This document shows positions 26,293 through 31,513 of a stretch of 31,513 nt of DNA, in pieces. Below the pieces are notes generated by a model. That model was given only the letters and a program-made list of their open reading frames with translations, was not told the origin of the DNA and searched no databases. A program made the position numbers and the translations under genes. Numbering within the stretch: the first letter of the stretch is position 1; each line of letters opens with the position of its first letter. Origin of the DNA: a virus (lineage: Duplodnaviria; Caudoviricetes); the IMG/VR virus record IMGVR_UViG_3300025066_000101, positions 1-31,513 of that record; one strand, 5' to 3'.

Positions 26293-26557
26293 ACTAAGCC
26301 TAGAGTTCGACACTGTCGAAAAGAAGCTTGTCGCAACTATCGACGGCAAAAAGCTTAAAAACGTGAGTTCTATTGAGTTCTTTGGTGGGTTCGATGGCGA
26401 TTCTTTCGGTATGGAAGTTCGCTCTATTGAGTCCGACGAAGACAACGGGATATTTAAGGTGACTCGCCTTGTGGCAGGTGAAAAAGACCCCACAGAAGAG
26501 GTTGAAGAGGAAGACAAGGACTTAACACAAAGTATCGCTAAACGTCTATTCTCCTAA
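26285..26557 (+). CDS. Hypothetical protein
   Basis: Likely start MAKLSL overlapping the portal stop. Confidence 0.7.
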   Translation: MAKLSLEFDTVEKKLVATIDGKKLKNVSSIEFFGGFDGDSFGMEVRSIESDEDNGIFKVTRLVAGEKDPTEEVEEEDKDLTQSIAKRLFS

Positions 26558-26578
26558 TAAAGGTGTATCAATATTAAG

Positions 26579-28126
26579 ATGACTGATATTCCAATATATA
26601 AGGCAGAGGTTGACCTGGGACTTGCTGAAGCTATTAAAGCCAGCGCTTCCATCGCCTACTGCTCACAACTAGAAAAGTGGTCAAATGCAGACCATGAAGC
26701 ACTGAAGCGGTCTCTGGCAAGTATGCCTGAGTACAGTAAGGCTAGTGTTGATGACCTGTATCCGACCAAGTCCGTCCTTGTGACCACCAACTGGAACAAG
26801 AACGATGACGTATTCGGAAAGCTCTCTGTATGGGCCGCACGAAAAACCCCTCGGAATAAGCCAACCAATCTAGAGCACGACGAGAATCAGCTTGTCGGCC
26901 ATATGATTGACTCCTGGGCCATCGACTTCGACGGCAATCTTATCCCTGAGGACACACCTACTGATTCGCTGCCTCAACACTTCCATCTCTGTAATTCGGC
27001 TGTCATTTACAACGCATGGCAATGTGAGGAAAAAAAGAAGCGCACTGAGAATCTCATTGCGAAGATTGAAAAAGGCGAAATGTTTGTTTCGATGGAGTGC
27101 TTGTTTGCAGGTTTTGACTACGCTGTAGTATCACCTGATGGCCGCCACACCATCGTTCCGCGTGATTCTGCGAGCGCTCACCTCACCCAGCACCTACGTG
27201 CTTATGGGGGTCATGGCACATTTGATGGCCATAAAATAGGGCGTTTCTTACAGAATGTGGTCTTTACTGCTAAGGGCTATGTTGAGAAACCCGCAAATTC
27301 TGACAGTATTATTTTCAGTACTGCTGGCCTAGAAAACATCTTTGTTTTTGAGGAAAGTAGTAAGGGAAACCCCTTTGAAGAAGATGCTGGTGTATCATTA
27401 GATAGCAACCAATCGCTGGTTGCTCAAACTATTATTACTAAGGGTAGTAACGATATGAGTATTGAACTAGTCCAGAAGCAGCTTGACGAGACTAAAGCCG
27501 CGCTTGAGTCTGCCTTGGCAGATAAGAAGTCGTTGGAAGATAACTTGTCTAAAGCTGGTACTGAGAAGTATGAGGCTCGCATTGCTGAACTAGAAGGCAT
27601 TGTTGAGGCTAAGACCGACGAAGATGAGAAGAAGAAGAAGAAGGACGAAGAGGCTAAGGCCCGCACTGAAGAGTTGGAAGCACAGGTCGCTGAGTTGACC
27701 GAAGCTAACAAGACTCTAAGTGAAGCTGCTGCTTCCGCTGAGGCCGAGAAGGTTTCTGCAAGTCGTACTTCTACTCTCGTTGATGGCGGGATTGAGAAAA
27801 TTAAAGCAGAAGAGACTGTCGCTAAGTTCGACAATCTTAACGACGAGCAGTTTGAGGCTATTGCTTCTACTCTTATCGAAGCTGCAAAGGTCCAGACCAC
27901 AGAAGCTACTGAGACCGAAGAGACATCTGCTGAAGGTAGTGAGGAAGAGACCGACGATGCTGGCGAAGCCAGTGCCGAAGAGACCGACCTTGAAAACGCC
28001 GAAGCATCTGAAGAGGTTGATGCTAACGTACAGCGCGACCAAGAACAAGCTTCCTCTAACGAAAAAATGCAAGTCAACTTAGCCAAATTCGTGGCTAACA
28101 AGATGGGCATTACATTGGGAGAATAA
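26579..28126 (+). CDS. Prohead protease-scaffold fusion
   Basis: NKNDDVF, NLEH and VSMEC protease-like motifs; acidic coiled-coil C-terminal half; upstream of capsid genes. Confidence 0.75.
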   Translation: MTDIPIYKAEVDLGLAEAIKASASIAYCSQLEKWSNADHEALKRSLASMPEYSKASVDDLYPTKSVLVTTNWNKNDDVFGKLSVWAARKTPRNKPTNLEHDENQLVGHMIDSWAIDFDGNLIPEDTPTDSLPQHFHLCNSAVIYNAWQCEEKKKRTENLIAKIEKGEMFVSMECLFAGFDYAVVSPDGRHTIVPRDSASAHLTQHLRAYGGHGTFDGHKIGRFLQNVVFTAKGYVEKPANSDSIIFSTAGLENIFVFEESSKGNPFEEDAGVSLDSNQSLVAQTIITKGSNDMSIELVQKQLDETKAALESALADKKSLEDNLSKAGTEKYEARIAELEGIVEAKTDEDEKKKKKDEEAKARTEELEAQVAELTEANKTLSEAAASAEAEKVSASRTSTLVDGGIEKIKAEETVAKFDNLNDEQFEAIASTLIEAAKVQTTEATETEETSAEGSEEETDDAGEASAEETDLENAEASEEVDANVQRDQEQASSNEKMQVNLAKFVANKMGITLGE

Positions 28127-28130
28127 ACTA

Positions 28131-28586
28131 ATGGCTTTACGACCAGACCGTAACTATAACGATGGCGTTCAAATTGCATACTTTATGAATGAAGTAGCTG
28201 AGCGTGGTATTATTGTTACTCACACTACTAGTGCTTCTGGCGCTGGTATGGATGACAGCGCAGGCGTAGTAGGTATTCCAACGGGAACCGGAGACGGACT
28301 TGCCGCAGGTATGCTACTCAACAATGTTGTCAACAAAGACCTTACTCAGACACACCTAAACGCACACAAGGACGAAGTACAACTTGGTTCTAAGGTTGCT
28401 GTTCTAGCTCGTGGTTGGGCGGTTACTGACCAAATTAAAACGGGTGAGACGCCTGCTGCTGGTGCGGCTGCGTATTTTGATGCAAGCGGTGAACTTAGCG
28501 CAACTACAGGTAGTGCTGAAGTCGGCAAATGGCTTGGTGCCAAAGATGCTGACGGCTTCGCTAAAGTTGCAATCACCATTGAATAA
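28131..28586 (+). CDS. Putative capsid decoration protein
   Basis: Gly/Ala-rich 151 aa between scaffold and major capsid protein. Confidence 0.65.
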   Translation: MALRPDRNYNDGVQIAYFMNEVAERGIIVTHTTSASGAGMDDSAGVVGIPTGTGDGLAAGMLLNNVVNKDLTQTHLNAHKDEVQLGSKVAVLARGWAVTDQIKTGETPAAGAAAYFDASGELSATTGSAEVGKWLGAKDADGFAKVAITIE

Positions 28587-28603
28587 TAAGGAGAAGTCCT
28601 GAG

Positions 28604-29620
28604 ATGGCTACTGAATTACTTTTTACACCTGAGGAGCAAGCAGAGCTAGATTCTGTTTTGGTTACCTCTGGTTCTAAGGACAGAGAACAGTCTCTTGCTG
28701 GCGTCACTGAGTTGGCCAAGGCTTTAGAGCTTCCTCTTCGTCAGGGCGTGTTGTCCGGTGACATTCTCTTTAACATTTTCGAGCCAATTCGTTTGGCCGC
28801 AAATGCTACTGCTGAATTCCCATTGGATTTCTTGGCTCCTGGCACAGAGAAGAACTTTGTCGCTTACACCATTCCTAATCACGGCTATATTCCTCAGCGT
28901 CATGTTGAGGGTGATTACGTTAACGTACCTATCTATGATATTGGCGCTGCCATTGACTGGAACTTGAAGTACGCTCGCGATGCCCGTTGGGATATTGTTT
29001 CCCGTGCCATGGAAGTCATGCGCGCACAGTTCACTAAAAAGATGAACGACGACGGCTGGCACACAATTTTGAGTGCTGGTGTTGACCGTAACATCGTTGT
29101 CCTTGACTCCGATGCTGCTGCTGGCCAGTTTACCAAGCGATTGGTAAGCTTGATGAAGGTTGTTATGCGTCGTAACGGTGGTGGTAACTCCACTTCTAAC
29201 CGTCGCGGCAAGCTAACTGACCTTTACATCAGTCCAGAAGCTAGTGAAGATATTCGTAACTGGAATGTTGACCAAGTTGACGACCAGACTCGTAACCGTA
29301 TCTTCAATACGTCTGGCGACAATGCACTTAATAACATCTTTGGTGTTAACTTGCACGACCTAGACGAGCTTGGTGAAGGCCAAGAGTACGAGTTGTTCTA
29401 CGAAGACCAACTATCCGGCACGCTTCCCGGCGGTGACGTTGAGTTGGTTGTCGGTCTTGACCTAACTAATCGCGACTCGTTCGTGATGCCTGTTCGTGAG
29501 GAGCCTCAAATCTTCTCCGACGACACTTTGCACCGTCAACGACGCGCTGGTGTTTATGGTTGGGCTGAGCAAGGCTTTGCTGTCCTTGACAACCGACGTG
29601 TAATCTTGGGTTCTCTATAA
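28604..29620 (+). CDS. Major capsid protein (HK97-like)
   Basis: Size, strong AAGGAG RBS, gene order, C-terminal GVYGWAEQGFAVLDNRRV, followed by a terminator. Confidence 0.85.
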   Translation: MATELLFTPEEQAELDSVLVTSGSKDREQSLAGVTELAKALELPLRQGVLSGDILFNIFEPIRLAANATAEFPLDFLAPGTEKNFVAYTIPNHGYIPQRHVEGDYVNVPIYDIGAAIDWNLKYARDARWDIVSRAMEVMRAQFTKKMNDDGWHTILSAGVDRNIVVLDSDAAAGQFTKRLVSLMKVVMRRNGGGNSTSNRRGKLTDLYISPEASEDIRNWNVDQVDDQTRNRIFNTSGDNALNNIFGVNLHDLDELGEGQEYELFYEDQLSGTLPGGDVELVVGLDLTNRDSFVMPVREEPQIFSDDTLHRQRRAGVYGWAEQGFAVLDNRRVILGSL

Positions 29621-29647
29621 GAGACCTTAGGTACAACTGAGTTTAAT

Positions 29648-29683
29648 GCCAGTGGTGGCACATTGCTGCCACTGGCTTTTTTT
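29648..29683 (+). terminator. Intrinsic terminator after the capsid gene
   Basis: GCCAGTGGTGGCA-loop-TGCTGCCACTGGC followed by T7. Confidence 0.9.
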
Positions 29684-29702
29684 ATAGACTAGGAGAAATA
29701 AG

Positions 29703-30050
29703 ATGGCAGGATTATGGGAAAGAATAGCTAATAGTAGCGGACCTCAAGAGCATATTGGCCGAATAGGCATTAATCAGATTGAGGCTGCTCTTGTTCAAAA
29801 CGCAGCGGGAATGTATACTCCCACAGAAATCAAAACTAAGATAGATTTACGTCTAGCTAGTAAGGGTCACGAAGCATTAGACGTAGATGAGATTGCTGAC
29901 TTTACAACCTTGGTCGCTGTGCTTGACTCTCAAGCCTCTATGACCCTCAAGCTAATATGGCTATTGAAACTGCGCTCTATGCTAACAGACGCAGAAATGG
30001 GCCTCTGTGACGAAACTGAATTTCGCGCTAAAATGGAGATGACCCTATAA
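29703..30050 (+). CDS. Hypothetical protein
   Basis: AGGAG RBS. Confidence 0.75.
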   Translation: MAGLWERIANSSGPQEHIGRIGINQIEAALVQNAAGMYTPTEIKTKIDLRLASKGHEALDVDEIADFTTLVAVLDSQASMTLKLIWLLKLRSMLTDAEMGLCDETEFRAKMEMTL

Positions 30051-31339
30051 TGTCTTCTGTTGACGCTGACGTATACTGGAAAAGTATAGCAACTGGTTCC
30101 ACAGACTATGGTTTTACTCCATCTTTTCAAGCCGCTGGTGAGCAAACGCTTCCTGTAGAATTATTGATGTATAATTCCTTAATGGGAGTTGGCTCTAATG
30201 CTACAACAAGTGTCTCTTGCTCATGGGGACAAGGAATAGCCTCTAACGCTCGCCAGGGGCAGTATGGTTCAGTAGTACTGGCCGATGCCCAAGGAACTTC
30301 TCTAAGTAGTCGTGTTGGAGGCAATGTTTATCTTTGGAGTTCGTATCTCGACGCAGATATTGAGGAAGAATGCAATGTTAGGCTGTGGGGCTATGCAAAC
30401 GATGGTCGAAGTATCTATGTAGACCAACGACATAATGACGTATCACACTATGCCGCTTTAACCTCGTTGAGAATGGGCGAACAGCCGTGGATTCTTAGGG
30501 GTAATCACTGTGACACAACCACAGAGTCTAACTGGCAAATTCCCTTTGGGTTTGCTCCCGACTGGGTGTGGTGCTTCTCCGCAACCCCCAATGAGGATGC
30601 CTGGACCTCACCCATATATGAGGTTAGCGGAGTTCATTTCGATACGTTCGCACATCGTGACGGAACAATTGAATGTAATAGTGTCTGGGACCAGGATGGA
30701 CAATCTTCTACAAACTGTGGAACATATTACGACACGTCAAACTTTGTTACGCAGTACTGGAACAATGCTTTGTTTGCTCAGATAACAACGGCAACCTTTG
30801 AAGACTGGGGAATGACACTAAACGTAGCAACGAATGGTCCTACTGATAACAGTTACATAAACGGCTGGGGAATGGGTTTTCTTGCTGGTAAGAATGCAAA
30901 TAGTAAGGTGGGTCACTTTCAGGCTTATTCTGGAGATTCTGGATGGCGTAGTTCTGACTCAACAGTAAAGATAACAACGGGTTTTAGGCCGAGGATAATC
31001 TTTCTTCGTGGAGGCAATAGAAGCTATCCAGGTCATACTGTCCACTGGGTTTCAACTCGTGGTTTTATAGGCCCAGAAGGTGCTGACCAATGGAGTCAGT
31101 CTATGGTACAGCAAGATAATGATGGAACTTCTGATGTCTATGGGGCAAACTATAACGATAGATGTTTTCATCAGTTAACTTATAACGGCGGCGTAGACTG
31201 CACATTGGATTTTAACACAATGGAAGACGATGGGTTTAGACTAAATGTGACAAACTTAGGAAGTACGAACATTTCTTACTTAGCAATTGGAGACCCTCCA
31301 GACGCAGTTGTTCCTGCCTACGGAGAAAGTATTTTATGA
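30050..31339 (+). CDS. Putative virion surface or fibre protein
   Basis: Gly/Ser/Thr/Trp-rich beta-type composition; internal repeat-like motifs PFGFAPDWV and TTGFRPRII. Confidence 0.6.
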   Translation: MSSVDADVYWKSIATGSTDYGFTPSFQAAGEQTLPVELLMYNSLMGVGSNATTSVSCSWGQGIASNARQGQYGSVVLADAQGTSLSSRVGGNVYLWSSYLDADIEEECNVRLWGYANDGRSIYVDQRHNDVSHYAALTSLRMGEQPWILRGNHCDTTTESNWQIPFGFAPDWVWCFSATPNEDAWTSPIYEVSGVHFDTFAHRDGTIECNSVWDQDGQSSTNCGTYYDTSNFVTQYWNNALFAQITTATFEDWGMTLNVATNGPTDNSYINGWGMGFLAGKNANSKVGHFQAYSGDSGWRSSDSTVKITTGFRPRIIFLRGGNRSYPGHTVHWVSTRGFIGPEGADQWSQSMVQQDNDGTSDVYGANYNDRCFHQLTYNGGVDCTLDFNTMEDDGFRLNVTNLGSTNISYLAIGDPPDAVVPAYGESIL

Positions 31340-31513
31340 GCGTAATAGTAGCAGTCATGGCATGGCACGCTCCAATGAACTACCATCTACAAAGATGGCT
31401 GGCAGATAATAAGCTGGAATGGTTTAGAGGCTCACAAGAGTTTGGAGTTGACATCTGTCGTAATCAGGCAGTAGAAAAATTCCTTCAGGAGTATAACCAT
31501 GAGTATCTGTTGA
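31336..31513 (+). CDS. Partial CDS, possible glycosyltransferase (GT-A like)
   Basis: ATGA-coupled; VDICRNQAVEKFLQEYNHEYLL resembles the segment before a DxD motif; truncated by window end. Confidence 0.45.
   Translation, partial: MSVIVAVMAWHAPMNYHLQRWLADNKLEWFRGSQEFGVDICRNQAVEKFLQEYNHEYLL

Noticed and set aside
27424-28179. 251-aa minus-strand Ser-rich ORF and other antisense ORFs in the late region
   Set aside because: Shadow frames of well-supported genes.
13505-31339. Stop-codon reassignment
   Set aside because: Long genes are intact in code 11, and TAA, TAG and TGA all occur as genuine stops.

Overview
Segment of a large tailed dsDNA phage genome (standard code 11; a Planctomycetota/PVC-type host is a weak guess) with two very different halves. 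Left (1-~13.1 kb): a leftward-transcribed early/accessory region of about 40 tiny ORFs and over 20 near-consensus sigma70 promoters. It is divided into modules by ten ~79-bp elements, each made of two 27-bp palindromes (GTAAGTCNTT-N7-AANGACTTAC, containing an IHF-like motif) exactly 52 bp apart. In six of ten cases the element supplies the stop codon of the gene running into it. The region also has sigma54-type promoters and several unusual RNAs: a 79-nt tmRNA-like RNA with no mRNA domain, two 180-195-nt oversized tRNA-like RNAs, an atypical tRNA-Asp, a degenerate tRNA and a duplicated three-way-junction 5'-leader motif. It ends in (GT)n and (GAT/GATGT)n low-complexity DNA that may mark a genome end. 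Right (13.5-31.5 kb): a leftward block (secreted trypsin-like protease, HAD hydrolase, hypotheticals), then a rightward late block. That block encodes a sigma-like factor with a truncated paralog, a free-standing copy of an internal portal segment, GDP-mannose 4,6-dehydratase, HNH and ERCC4 nucleases, terminase large subunit, portal, protease/scaffold, decoration protein, major capsid protein and further virion genes. All calls come from reading motifs by eye; no database searches were run.
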